Assembly (NCBI GenBank): GCA_017409205.1 | Contig: JAFQTF010000026.1 | Coordinates: 1,275 to 65,274 of the forward strand | Source of the DNA: Oscillospiraceae bacterium | GTDB taxonomy: Bacteria; Bacillota; Clostridia; Oscillospirales; Oscillospiraceae | DNA length: 64,000 bases | Direction: 5' to 3' | In this document: in pieces, positions 1-9,500 of the stretch | Layout: each line of letters starts with the position of its first letter | How positions within the stretch are numbered: the stretch's first letter is position 1 | The notes under the pieces: generated by a model | Told to the model about the DNA's origin: nothing | The model's database searches: none | What the model saw: the letters and a program-made list of their open reading frames with translations, nothing else | Translations under genes and position numbers: made by a program

Positions 1-936
1 TCCTTCAAAACCTCCACCCAGGGTGGCTACTCCGCCGAAATGAAGCTGGAGACCAAGGCTGGCGCTGTCTGCCGCAGCCTGGGCTACAGCGAGATCATCA
101 CCTATTCCTTCGTTTCCCCCGCCGTCTTTGACCAGATCCGTCTGCCCTCCGACTCCCCCCTGCGCAATGCACTTCGGATCCAGAATCCTCTGGGCGAAGA
201 TACCTCCATCATGCGCACCATCGCCCTGCCCTCTATGCTGGAGATCCTGAGCCGCAACAATGCCTACCACAACAAGGCCGCCAAGCTCTATGAGCTGGCC
301 AAAATCTATGTTCCCGTGGAAGGTCAGAAGCTGCCTCAGGAGCCCAAGATGCTGCTGCTGGGTGCTTACGGCGCCGGTACCTCCTTCTTCACTCTGAAGG
401 GCGAGCTGGAAGCCATCTTTGCCGGTCTGCGTGTGAAGAAGGCCTGCTACCACGCTGTGAAGAATAACCCCAGCTTCCATCCCGGCCGCTGCGCAGCTGT
501 TGTCATTGACGGTGTGGAAGTCGGTTACATCGGTCAGGTCCATCCCACCGTCGCCGGAAACTACGGCATTGATGTGGAGGTCTACTGCGCCGAAATCAAC
601 TTCACCAGCCTGAGCAGCCTGATGCTGCCCGAAGCCACCTATGTTCCCCTGCCCAAGTATCCCGGTGTCAACCGCGACCTGTCCCTGATCTGCGATGAGG
701 AGATCACCGTTGCACAGGCTGAGGAAGTGATCACCGCCTCTGCCGGCAAGTTGCTGCGGGGCGTCAAGCTCTTCGATATTTACCGCGGCACCGGCGTTCC
801 CGAGGGCAAAAAGAGCATGGCCTTCTCTCTGGAGCTGCGTGCTGACGACCGCACCCTGACCGACACCGACTCCGAAGCCGTTGTCACCAAGGTGCTTGCC
901 GCACTGAAGGAAAAGCTGAACGCCATTCTGAGATAA
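1..936 (+). CDS. pheT: Phenylalanyl-tRNA synthetase beta subunit, C-terminal part (5' truncated by window edge)
   Basis: Open in frame from base 1; B5/core motifs (NPLGED..MRT, FHPGR) and C-terminal FDX-ACB domain (RDLS...LFDIYRG...KSMAF). Confidence 0.97.
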   Translation, partial: SFKTSTQGGYSAEMKLETKAGAVCRSLGYSEIITYSFVSPAVFDQIRLPSDSPLRNALRIQNPLGEDTSIMRTIALPSMLEILSRNNAYHNKAAKLYELAKIYVPVEGQKLPQEPKMLLLGAYGAGTSFFTLKGELEAIFAGLRVKKACYHAVKNNPSFHPGRCAAVVIDGVEVGYIGQVHPTVAGNYGIDVEVYCAEINFTSLSSLMLPEATYVPLPKYPGVNRDLSLICDEEITVAQAEEVITASAGKLLRGVKLFDIYRGTGVPEGKKSMAFSLELRADDRTLTDTDSEAVVTKVLAALKEKLNAILR

Positions 937-1028
937 ACATTTTCACAAATTTTTCCGTTTTCGGTACTTTACAGAAGACTGAAATTCGGTTATAATGACC
1001 ATAATCTTTTATTAAGGAGGCTGAGACC

Positions 1029-1283
1029 ATGACGGAACAGAGCACCTTAAAGTTCACAGTAGCCAGCGACGACAAAGAGAATATGCGCCGTATTCTCCGT
1101 AGTGTGTACGAGGCCTTGACCGAAAAGGGCTACAATCCCATCAATCAGATCGTCGGCTACCTGCTGACCGAGGATCCCACTTACATCACCAATTATAACA
1201 ATGCCCGCAGTATGATCTGCAAGATCGACCGGGATGAACTGATGCAGGTTCTGGTTCGCGAATATCTGTTTGTGAAGGACTAA
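1029..1283 (+). CDS. ireB: IreB/ReoM family regulatory phosphoprotein (UPF0297)
   Basis: [29 protein letters not shown] signature; AAGGAGG RBS; TATAAT near 991. Confidence 0.93.
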   Translation: MTEQSTLKFTVASDDKENMRRILRSVYEALTEKGYNPINQIVGYLLTEDPTYITNYNNARSMICKIDRDELMQVLVREYLFVKD

Positions 1284-1291
1284 TCATCCGC

Positions 1292-1327
1292 CAAGAGGCT
1301 TTTGCCACGGCAAAAGCCTCTTGTTTT
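1292..1327 (+). terminator. Intrinsic terminator after ireB
   Basis: caagaggcttttgcc-ac-ggcaaaagcctcttg hairpin followed by T's. Confidence 0.8.
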
Positions 1328-1429
1328 GTATCTTTCCAACTTCATACTCCCCTCCGTCTTGCAAAACCTTAAATTTTTGAACTTTTTGTAACATTTTTCC
1401 TTTTTGGCTCATCTTTGCCGATGAATCAC

Positions 1430-1468
1430 TTGACGTTTCATTTATCAACGTGTTACAATCTGATTACA
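1430..1468 (+). promoter_or_regulatory. SigmaA promoter with overlapping WalR-type box (copy 1)
   Basis: TTGACG(1430)-18-TACAAT(1454) with extended -10 TG; reverse strand of 1452-1468 reads TGTAAT-N5-TGTAAC. Confidence 0.65.
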
Positions 1469-1489
1469 TTTATTCAGGAGGTTTCCATA

Positions 1490-1780
1490 ATGGCTGAAGA
1501 AAATGCAGTTCTCATGTATAAGGGCCGCCCCCTCATGCGTAAGGACAATCTTGTTTATTACGGATCCATGGCTGACAGCCACATCGTGATGCTCCAGATT
1601 CTGGAATCCAAAAAGATTAACGATGTGGACATTGCCACCCGTGTTTCCGTTCAGCTGCAGCTGACGGATCCCGCTGCCCGCAGCCGGGATCGCATTGTTA
1701 AGAAGAGTGAAAAAGACGGTTTCTATACTGCCCTGGATCTGGGCTGTGTCTGGCTGGAGCGCGCTCTGGCAGGCAAATAA
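1490..1780 (+). CDS. Conserved hypothetical protein, 96 aa (copy 1)
   Basis: AGGAGG RBS before ATG 1490; near-identical paralog at 2998-3288. Confidence 0.85.
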   Translation: MAEENAVLMYKGRPLMRKDNLVYYGSMADSHIVMLQILESKKINDVDIATRVSVQLQLTDPAARSRDRIVKKSEKDGFYTALDLGCVWLERALAGK

Positions 1781-1813
1781 TCATTAGACAGAAATGTAAG
1801 ACGGAGGTACTGT

Positions 1814-2800
1814 ATGAATCAACTGAAGCGGATTATTTCCGTGATTCTGATAACGTTTCTGTTAGCAGGCAGTTTTACAATCACGGCTTCTGCATCCGAT
1901 GGTATTGTGCACGGTGTGGGCTATGTGATGACATCCCTCCTCAGACTTTACAGCAAGCCTTCCTCCGGCTCCGATGTCGTGGATACCGCTGCATGCGGCG
2001 AATGTGTTATCATTGAAAAGCTGGACGAGGACTGGTGTCTTGTCAGCTACAACCTGCAGGAAGGCTATATGCGGACGGATTGTCTGGATATCCGTACTGA
2101 AAGTGATGTGGAGCTGGGTCAGGGAAATATCAACGCCAGCGTTGCATATCTGCGGTCCGGCCCCGGAACGGAATACTCCATTCTCAGTTCCGGCTTTCGG
2201 GACAATGATTTTGCTATTGTGGGTATCTGTAACGGATGGTACAAAATTCTGAAGGACAATGCCTCCTGCTATATCCGCAGTGATCTGATGGATCTGAAAG
2301 AAGTCCCTGCTGAAAATGATGCATCCGAAACGGATCCCCGGTTTTTTGTGCGGGGTGAGGCCATTGCCGAACTGACCTTCACGGAGTCCGAGGCTGTGGC
2401 TATGGCTGCTCCCGGCGGCTACTACGCACCCATCAGCGGTTCCCGGATTCTGGCTGAAGCTCAGAAATACATTGGAACCCCTTATGTGTTCGGCGGCACC
2501 TCCCCCAGCGGCTTTGACTGCTCCGGTCTTGTTTATTACGTTCTGTCTTCATTCGGCTATCCTTCCAACCGCACTGCAGCCGATCAGTATCAGATGGGTT
2601 CCCCTGTTGACAGAAGCAGCCTCCAGCCCGGCGATCTGGTGTTCTTCGCCAATACATACACCAGTGGTATTTCCCATGTGGGTATTTATGCCGGCGGCGG
2701 ACAGTTCCTGCACGCCCCCAAGGAAGGCTCCACAGTCTCCTATTCCAGCCTCAGCGGCTACTGGGCAAGTCATTACCATGGCGCCCGCAGACTCGGATAA
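1814..2800 (+). CDS. Secreted SH3b-SH3b-NlpC/P60 (C40) peptidoglycan endopeptidase (copy 1)
   Basis: Signal peptide (ASA), two SH3b-like repeats, catalytic PYVFGG..FDCSG / HVGIY / FLHA. Confidence 0.92.
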   Translation: MNQLKRIISVILITFLLAGSFTITASASDGIVHGVGYVMTSLLRLYSKPSSGSDVVDTAACGECVIIEKLDEDWCLVSYNLQEGYMRTDCLDIRTESDVELGQGNINASVAYLRSGPGTEYSILSSGFRDNDFAIVGICNGWYKILKDNASCYIRSDLMDLKEVPAENDASETDPRFFVRGEAIAELTFTESEAVAMAAPGGYYAPISGSRILAEAQKYIGTPYVFGGTSPSGFDCSGLVYYVLSSFGYPSNRTAADQYQMGSPVDRSSLQPGDLVFFANTYTSGISHVGIYAGGGQFLHAPKEGSTVSYSSLSGYWASHYHGARRLG

Positions 2801-2810
2801 CTGAAAATGC

Positions 2811-2842
2811 ACACCCGGCATACGCAATGCCGGGTGTTTTTT
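2811..2842 (+). terminator. Intrinsic terminator of duplicated unit 1
   Basis: acacccggcat-acgca-atgccgggtgt followed by T run. Confidence 0.85.
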
Positions 2843-2937
2843 GTTGCTTATATTTCTTTTGTTTAAAACTTATTTACATTTCCTTCACAAAATGTTGGCA
2901 CAAAACCGACAATCCAAGACTTTTTCCAACATAATGC

Positions 2938-2975
2938 TTGACATCTATGTAACAATATGTTACAATCTGATTACA
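2938..2975 (+). promoter_or_regulatory. SigmaA promoter with overlapping WalR-type box (copy 2)
   Basis: TTGACA(2938)-17-TACAAT(2961) with extended -10; same 17-mer gttacaatctgattaca at 2959-2975. Confidence 0.7.
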
Positions 2976-2997
2976 TTTGGCTCATGAGGTATTCACA

Positions 2998-3288
2998 ATG
3001 GCTGAAAACAATGCAGTTCTTATGTATAAAGGACGTCCCCTTATGCGCAAAGACAACCTTGCATATTACGGTTCCATGACCGACAGCCACATCATCATGC
3101 TTCAGATTCTTGAAACCAAGAAGCTTGGTGACATGGATATCGCCACAAAGGTTTCTGTTCAGCTGCAGCTGACAGATCCTGCTGCAAGCAGCAGAAGCCG
3201 CATTGTCAAAAAGAGCGAAAAAGATGGTTTCTATACCGCCCTGGATCTGGGCTGTGTCTGGCTGGAGCGTGCTCTGGCCGGCAAATAA
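2998..3288 (+). CDS. Conserved hypothetical protein, 96 aa (copy 2)
   Basis: GAGGT RBS; same length as and highly similar to 1490-1780. Confidence 0.85.
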   Translation: MAENNAVLMYKGRPLMRKDNLAYYGSMTDSHIIMLQILETKKLGDMDIATKVSVQLQLTDPAASSRSRIVKKSEKDGFYTALDLGCVWLERALAGK

Positions 3289-3316
3289 CCCCAAAACAGA
3301 TAAACGGAGGCAATAC

Positions 3317-4315
3317 ATGAATTTCACCAGAAGATTATTCTCTCTCATGCTGGCAGCAGTTCTTTTTGTAAGCTGCTTTGCCGTTTCCGCATCCGCTGCC
3401 GGAACTATTATGCACGGCATCGGCTTTGTGAACACCACTTCCCTGCGACTGCGCAGTGAGGCCACCACCGGTTCCGCCATTTTGGATACGGCACACAAAA
3501 ACGACTGTGTCGTCATTATCAGCAAAGACGGCGACTGGTACAAGGTCAACTACAACCTTCAGGAAGGCTATATGCACGCCGACTATCTGGATGTTCTGAC
3601 CCGGGAAAATGCTGAGCTTGGTTACGGCAAGGTAAACGGCTCCGGCGTGAATCTCCGTTCCGGCCCCTCCACTTCTTACCGCAGCGTAGGCACCGCGGCC
3701 AAGGGCAGCAAGTGCTATATTCTGGGTCTGAACCAGGGCTGGTATAAGGTGATCTATAATACCACCATCTGCTATATCCGCAGTGATTATGTGGATCTCA
3801 CCGAAATTCCCTATGAAAACAGAGATTCTGCCAATTCCCCCAAATTCTACCGGGGCGGCAAGTCCACCGGCGTTGCTCCCTCTGCAGCTGCGCTGAACGG
3901 CAGCACCGGATCTTCCCAGTCCTCCGGAAATACCGCCGCCAATGTCACCGGCAGCCAGATCCTGGCAGAGGCAAAGAAATATCTGGGTACGCCCTATGTT
4001 TACGGCGGTGCCTCCCCTGCTGGTTTTGACTGCTCCGGCTTTGTGTACTATGTTCTGAAGCAGCTGGGCTTCTCCCCCTACCGTACGCCCGCTTCCCAGT
4101 ACAATCAGGGTACATACATCTCCAAAGATAATCTGCAGGTTGGCGACATCGTGTTCTTTGCAGGCACCTATGCCAGCGGCATTTCCCACGTGGGAATTTA
4201 CGCAGGCAACGGACAGTTCATCCACTCCCCCAACTCCCGGTCTACGGTATCCTATTCCGACCTGACCAGCGGCTACTGGGCACAGCACTACTACGGCGCC
4301 CGCCGCATGTCCTGA
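3317..4315 (+). CDS. Secreted SH3b-SH3b-NlpC/P60 (C40) peptidoglycan endopeptidase (copy 2)
   Basis: GGAGG RBS before ATG 3317; signal peptide; SH3b repeats (LRLRS, VNLRSGPST..GWYKV); FDCSG/HVGIY/FIHS. Confidence 0.93.
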   Translation: MNFTRRLFSLMLAAVLFVSCFAVSASAAGTIMHGIGFVNTTSLRLRSEATTGSAILDTAHKNDCVVIISKDGDWYKVNYNLQEGYMHADYLDVLTRENAELGYGKVNGSGVNLRSGPSTSYRSVGTAAKGSKCYILGLNQGWYKVIYNTTICYIRSDYVDLTEIPYENRDSANSPKFYRGGKSTGVAPSAAALNGSTGSSQSSGNTAANVTGSQILAEAKKYLGTPYVYGGASPAGFDCSGFVYYVLKQLGFSPYRTPASQYNQGTYISKDNLQVGDIVFFAGTYASGISHVGIYAGNGQFIHSPNSRSTVSYSDLTSGYWAQHYYGARRMS

Positions 4316-4319
4316 TCTC

Positions 4320-4357
4320 AAAAAAATCACCCGGCATCACAGGATGCCGGGTGTTTT
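4320..4357. terminator. Bidirectional intrinsic terminator
   Basis: A run, cacccggcatc/gatgccgggtg stem, T run, between convergent genes; stem resembles the one at 2811. Confidence 0.8.
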
Positions 4358-4358
4358 C

Positions 4359-4850
4359 TTATTGTACAAGCAATTCGTAAGCGATCCGGGGAGAACCGTT
4401 GGCCAGATGAATGATGCCGCTGCGCTGGAAACCCAGCTTTGCCACAGCCTTCTGCATAACATGGTTGTCGTGATGTGTGTCAATGCGGATATGATCGATC
4501 TGCTCGGCACAGTATTCCACCGCTCTGCGCAGGATCCCGCCGCTTCCATCGGAGGCGATGCGGTGAATGGTTCCATAGGGAGTGCTGTAACGCCACCGGC
4601 CATCCTCGATCTCGCCGTATGTGGGATCATCGCCGATATAAAAGTAAAAAACGCCGTGAATACCGTTTTCATCCTCCACCACATGCAGAAGCTTGCGGCG
4701 GATGTCATCCACCAGCCATTCATGGGGCGGATTGGTCTTTCCCCATTGGTTCGGATTTCCGGTTTTCTCCATAAAATCCCGGGCAAAAGCATAAATCTCT
4801 TCAATTCTGGACAGATCGCCGGGGAGCGCATCTCTGACAGTATACTGCAT
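4359..4850 (-). CDS. GNAT family N-acetyltransferase
   Basis: IHRIAS...IRIDTHHDNHVMQ...KLGF GNAT motifs. Confidence 0.85.
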   Translation of the reverse strand: MQYTVRDALPGDLSRIEEIYAFARDFMEKTGNPNQWGKTNPPHEWLVDDIRRKLLHVVEDENGIHGVFYFYIGDDPTYGEIEDGRWRYSTPYGTIHRIASDGSGGILRRAVEYCAEQIDHIRIDTHHDNHVMQKAVAKLGFQRSGIIHLANGSPRIAYELLVQ

Positions 4851-4895
4851 AAGACATAGTTACCCTTTCGTATTTTTGCTTATTATACAGAAACC

Positions 4896-4925
4896 GCATC
4901 AGAAAAGCAATCAACGGACATACTA
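4896..4925 (+). promoter_or_regulatory. SigmaG-type forespore promoter for spoVAD
   Basis: GCATC-18-CATACTA, close to the sigmaG consensus, upstream of a gene that is sigmaG-dependent in Bacillus. Confidence 0.6.
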
Positions 4926-4953
4926 AGAAAAATCTTCAAAAAGGAGTCTTTTT

Positions 4954-5973
4954 ATGGCAGAATACCGACAGGGGCGCCAAAGTTTTGTCCTGCCGCAGCC
5001 CCCTGTGATCACAGCCTGGGCAAGCACCGCAGGAAAGAAAGAATCGGAAGGTCCCCATGCGCATACATTTGACATCACCAGTCAGGACACTATGTTCGGA
5101 CAGCGCACATGGGAACAGGCAGAAAAACAGATGCAGCGGCTGACTCTGGGAAAACTGGCGGAAAAGGCAAATATGCGGATGACTGACTTCAAGCTGGTTT
5201 TTTCCGGAGATCTGCTGAATCAATGCATTGGCTCCTCCTTTTCCCTGAGAAATACAGGAATCCCCCATCTTGGACTCTACGGAGCCTGTTCCACTATGGC
5301 GGAAAGCCTGCTGCTGGCCTCCATGGCTGTCGGCGGGGGTTTTCTGGACCACGCGGTAGCCATGACCTCTTCTCACTTTGCCTCCTCCGAGCGGCAGTAC
5401 CGGTTTCCTCTGGGCTATGGCGGACAGCGTACGCCCACCTCCCAATGGACCGTTACCGGTTCCGGCGCCGCGCTGGTCTGCCGGGATGGAAGCGGCCCCC
5501 GAATTACCGGCTGCACCATCGGCACCGTCACGGATCTGGGGGTCAGGGATGCAAACAACATGGGAAGCGCCATGGCTCCCGCCGCCTATGCCACCATTAC
5601 CGCCCATTTACGGGACTTCGGCAAAAGTCCCGTGGATTACGATCTTATCGTAACCGGTGATCTGGGCCAGATGGGTAAGGAGATGCTGCTGGAACTGGCA
5701 AAGCGGGACGGTCTTTCCCTTGGTGGCAGACTGGAAGACTGTGGTGCCCTGATCTTCGACCGGGAGAATCAGGATGTCCACGCCGGAGGCTCCGGATGCG
5801 GCTGCAGCGCCGTTATGCTCTGCGGCTACCTTTTGGACAGACTCAATACCGGAAAGCTGAAATCCATCCTTTTCTGCGGCACCGGCGCGCTCCTGTCCCC
5901 CACCTCCACACAGCAGGGGCTGCCCATTCCCGGTGTGTGCCATGCAGTCATTGTGGAAGGAGGCAGAAACTGA
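4954..5973 (+). CDS. spoVAD: Stage V sporulation protein AD
   Basis: GDLLNQ, GLYGACST, ERQYRFPLGYGGQR, GGSGCGCS motifs. Confidence 0.96.
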   Translation: MAEYRQGRQSFVLPQPPVITAWASTAGKKESEGPHAHTFDITSQDTMFGQRTWEQAEKQMQRLTLGKLAEKANMRMTDFKLVFSGDLLNQCIGSSFSLRNTGIPHLGLYGACSTMAESLLLASMAVGGGFLDHAVAMTSSHFASSERQYRFPLGYGGQRTPTSQWTVTGSGAALVCRDGSGPRITGCTIGTVTDLGVRDANNMGSAMAPAAYATITAHLRDFGKSPVDYDLIVTGDLGQMGKEMLLELAKRDGLSLGGRLEDCGALIFDRENQDVHAGGSGCGCSAVMLCGYLLDRLNTGKLKSILFCGTGALLSPTSTQQGLPIPGVCHAVIVEGGRN

Positions 5974-6329
5974 TGGATTATTACAAGGCCTTCCTGGTGG
6001 GAGGCGCCATCTGCCTGGTCAGCCAGATCCTTATCGACAAAACAAAACTGACGCCTGCACGGATCCTGGTGGGATATGTGATCCTTGGGGTGATCCTTGG
6101 CGGCATCGGCGTGTATGCGCCCTTTGCGGAATTTGCCGGAGCCGGTGCTACAGTCCCTCTGACAGGATTCGGAAATACCCTGGCAAAGGGTGTGCGGGAG
6201 GCCGTGGACAATGACGGGTTTACGGGTATTTTTACCGGCGGACTGAAAGCTGCCGCCGGCGGAATCACCGCTGCAATCTTCGCCGGGCTTCTGGCCAGTC
6301 TGATTTTCAGGGCAAAGGATAAATCCTGA
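5973..6329 (+). CDS. spoVAE: Stage V sporulation protein AE (SpoVAC/AEb family)
   Basis: TGATG coupling to spoVAD; AFLVGGAIC, AGAGATVPLTGFG motifs. Confidence 0.93.
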   Translation: MDYYKAFLVGGAICLVSQILIDKTKLTPARILVGYVILGVILGGIGVYAPFAEFAGAGATVPLTGFGNTLAKGVREAVDNDGFTGIFTGGLKAAAGGITAAIFAGLLASLIFRAKDKS

Positions 6330-6345
6330 AAACCGGGGCATACTG
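6317..6345 (+). promoter_or_regulatory. Putative sigmaG-type promoter for the N/Q-rich micropeptide
   Basis: GGATA(6317)-17-CATACTG(6339). Confidence 0.45.
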
Positions 6346-6388
6346 GAATTGCGGAACCACCGCAGGAAAGATTCAGGAGGATTTGACA

Positions 6389-6502
6389 ATGAACAACCAG
6401 AATAAGAATCAGAACAACCAGAACCGCAGCAGCAATCAGAACACCAACGAGAAGACCAATCAGAACAGCAATCAGAACCAGAACTACCGCAACGGCCGCT
6501 GA
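6389..6502 (+). CDS. 37-aa Asn/Gln-rich micropeptide MNNQNKNQNNQNRSSNQNTNEKTNQNSNQNQNYRNGR (not in ORF track)
   Basis: AGGAGG RBS with normal spacing; 23 of 37 residues N or Q; terminator immediately downstream. Confidence 0.75.
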   Translation: MNNQNKNQNNQNRSSNQNTNEKTNQNSNQNQNYRNGR

Positions 6503-6513
6503 TTCCAGAGCGT

Positions 6514-6546
6514 AAAAGGACGCCTCCCGCCGGAGGCGTCCTTTTT
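6514..6546. terminator. Bidirectional intrinsic terminator
   Basis: aaaaggacgcctcc-cgcc-ggaggcgtcctttt between the micropeptide and addA. Confidence 0.85.
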
Positions 6547-6547
6547 C

Positions 6548-9500
6548 TTACAATTCCACCAATCGGTTCAAACGGAACAGATACAGATATCTGGCCTTTA
6601 CCGGCATTTCATAGATTCGCTGCAGCGCCTCTGCATAGGTCTCCACCTGGGGCGCATATTTTGCCACTGCAGCCGGAATCGATTCTTCCGTTACCCGGTC
6701 AGTCTTGAAATCCACGATGGTAATGCCGTCCGGTTCCAGCAGTGCGCAGTCCACAACACCCTGCAGCAGAACCTGCTCGCCTTCCAGCCCATCCCCATAA
6801 TGGCTGCCCGCATCCAGAATGGAGAATTTGAACTCCCGCAGGTAAGGAACCCCCATCCGGAGCTTTTCTCCGATTTCTGTCCGGAAAAAAGCGGCGATCA
6901 TAGCGCTGTTTACCAGTTTTCCCTGTTCCTCGCTGAGGAAGCCTTCCGCCGTCAGTCTGCGGATTTCCTGCTGCACAGCCTCCTCGCTGCCGCAGTTTTC
7001 ATACCGGATGTACTGCATGGCTGCATGGATGGCATTGCCATAGGTCTTTCCCTCCACCGTTGCCGTTACAAAGGAAGGCGTTCTCCAGTTTCGCATCACG
7101 CCTCTGGGTTCCTCAGTGTGTTCCGCAGCCTCCGCATCCTTCCATCTGCCCTTACGGTCTGTTGCCGTCTGTTTGGAAGGCGCTTTTGTTGCTGCCGCAT
7201 GCGGATAGCAGAATGAGAGGGCCTGCTTCAGAGCCTGCTCTGCAAATTCCGGTATCTCTGTGGTTCCGGCATGGGATACCACACCGGCTGCCGCATTATC
7301 CGGCGCAGAACCGACACAAATTTTCCAGGGACAGTCTCCCAGCTTCAGCTGTGCCGGCCTGCCGCCAGCAGCATGGAGCGCACCGGCTTCCATACGCTGC
7401 ACCGCTGCCAGCAATACCCATTCACCGGGACAAACCACATCCCGGCACAGCAGAGCACCACCGTCAAAATCCATTCGCAGTGTGATCTCCTGCAGGTCGG
7501 ATTTCAGATTTTTGGCTGTGTAGGTCATGATCAGCCGGTCCCTGGCACGGGTCATGGCCACATACAGCACCCGCATTTCTTCAGACAGACTTTCGCGGGC
7601 AGCCTTGACCATGATGGCCCGTTTGGCAACCGAGGCATAGCGAATTCGGTTTTCGGTATCTGCCACAGACAGTCCCAGGCCCAGTTCCCTGTCGCAAAGG
7701 ATCTGCGCCTGCAGGCTTTCCCGGTTAAAGATCCGGGAAAGGCCGCAAAGGAATACCACCGGAAATTCCAGGCCCTTGGATTTGTGAATACTCATAATGG
7801 TAACACAGCCGGAAGGTGCTGTACCGGCGGTGATGATGCCGCGTCCATCCAGCGACTCCAGATGCTGCAGAAACCGGCTCAGATCCTTTGCATGCCCCTG
7901 CTCAAAATCGGATGCCAGCCGGAAAAAGGTCTGAAGATTCTCTCTGCGGATATCCCCATTCTCCATGGCAGCATATATGCTGTCCAGCCGTGTCATAGAA
8001 AAGCATTTTTCCAGCAGCTGCGTCAGAGGACTCATTCTGGCCTCCCGCCGCAGCGCCAGCAAGACGGAAAGGAAACTCTCCGCCTTGGGATGGCCGCACT
8101 CCAGCAGGGCATCATAAAAGCTCTCCTTCTTTCGCCCGGCCCGGATCTGGGCCAGATCATCTGCAGTAAACCCGAAAACAGGACTTGCCAATGTGCTGAT
8201 CAGCGGAATATCCTGCCTGGGATTGACAATGATCTGCAAAAAGGAACGCAAGGTGGCAATTTCCTCCGTAGCCAGAAGATCGGTTCCGCCGCCGGAGGAG
8301 CAGCGGATCCCCCTTGCCTCCAGCGCCCGGCGGAACTGTGCACCCACACTGCCGGGAGACCGCAGAAGGATCACGATATCCTCCGGGCTGACCCGCTGCA
8401 GCGTGCCGTCCTTTCGGATCCGGCTGCCACTGCTGAGCATACGGTGTATCTGATCTGCCACATAGGCGGCTTCCTCGGCATAGGTATCCTCCCGGATCTC
8501 AATGGCGTGCAGCTCCACCGCAGGCTCCGGCAGTTTTTCCCGGGGAATTCCCTCCCGGAGCGCCTCGGCTTCACCATAATGCAGCCCACCAACGCCGGGA
8601 CTCATGCAGCAGCTGAACACATCATTTACCGCGGAGATCACCTCCGGGCCGGAGCGGAAATTATGACTGAGGAATACTTTCCTTCCCATGCCGTTCTGCG
8701 CATCCTCTGCCGGTACGTAGCCGCGGTATTTTTCCAGAAAAATGCCGGGGTCTGCCAGTCGGAACTGATAAATGGACTGCTTCACATCGCCGACCATAAA
8801 ACAGTTCTGTTTCTGCGCTGTCAGCGCGCTGAAGATTGCATCCTGAACGCCGTTGGAATCCTGATATTCATCCACCATGACCTCCCGGAACCGGCTCCCG
8901 ATCTCGCGGGCTGCAGCAGTAACAGCGGTTCTGGATTTTCCTGTCAGCAGATCCAGTGTCTTGTGTTCAAGATCGCTGAAATCCAGTATTCGCCGCATCT
9001 TTTTGGCCCGGGTAAACGCCTGGTCAAACCGGCGGACGAAAGACACGATACCCCGAACCGCGCCGGAACAGTCTTCCAGATCCTGCAAAAGCTGTCCGGA
9101 TCCATCCGTAAAGGACAGCAATTTCTTATCCAGACCCTTTTTACAGGCATTTCTGGCGGCCTTGATCCGATCTGCCAGTTCCGGATCGCCGTTTTTCTTT
9201 GGAAAAACCAGCCGCCCATAATCTATGCTGTTATGTCTCACGACATCATCCCAGGAACTGAAGGCTTCCAGCTCCTGAAGCTGAACCAGTGTCCTGCGCA
9301 GATTCTCCGCCGGTTTTTCAAATCCGGCGCACTGGTCTGCCAGCCGGACACACTGCTCCATCACCCGGATCTGGTGACGAAGATAGTCCTTCAGATCCTC
9401 CATCAGGTAGTTTCCCCAGACGGTTTGGGAAACGTCCTGCATCGATTCCACACTGCTGTCCTGAACGCATTTTTCCAGCCACCCATCCGGATCCAGATGG

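Noticed and set aside
6392-6484. Repeated aatcagaac/aaccagaac units as a CRISPR or satellite
   Set aside because: No spacers; the repeats are in frame and simply encode NQN
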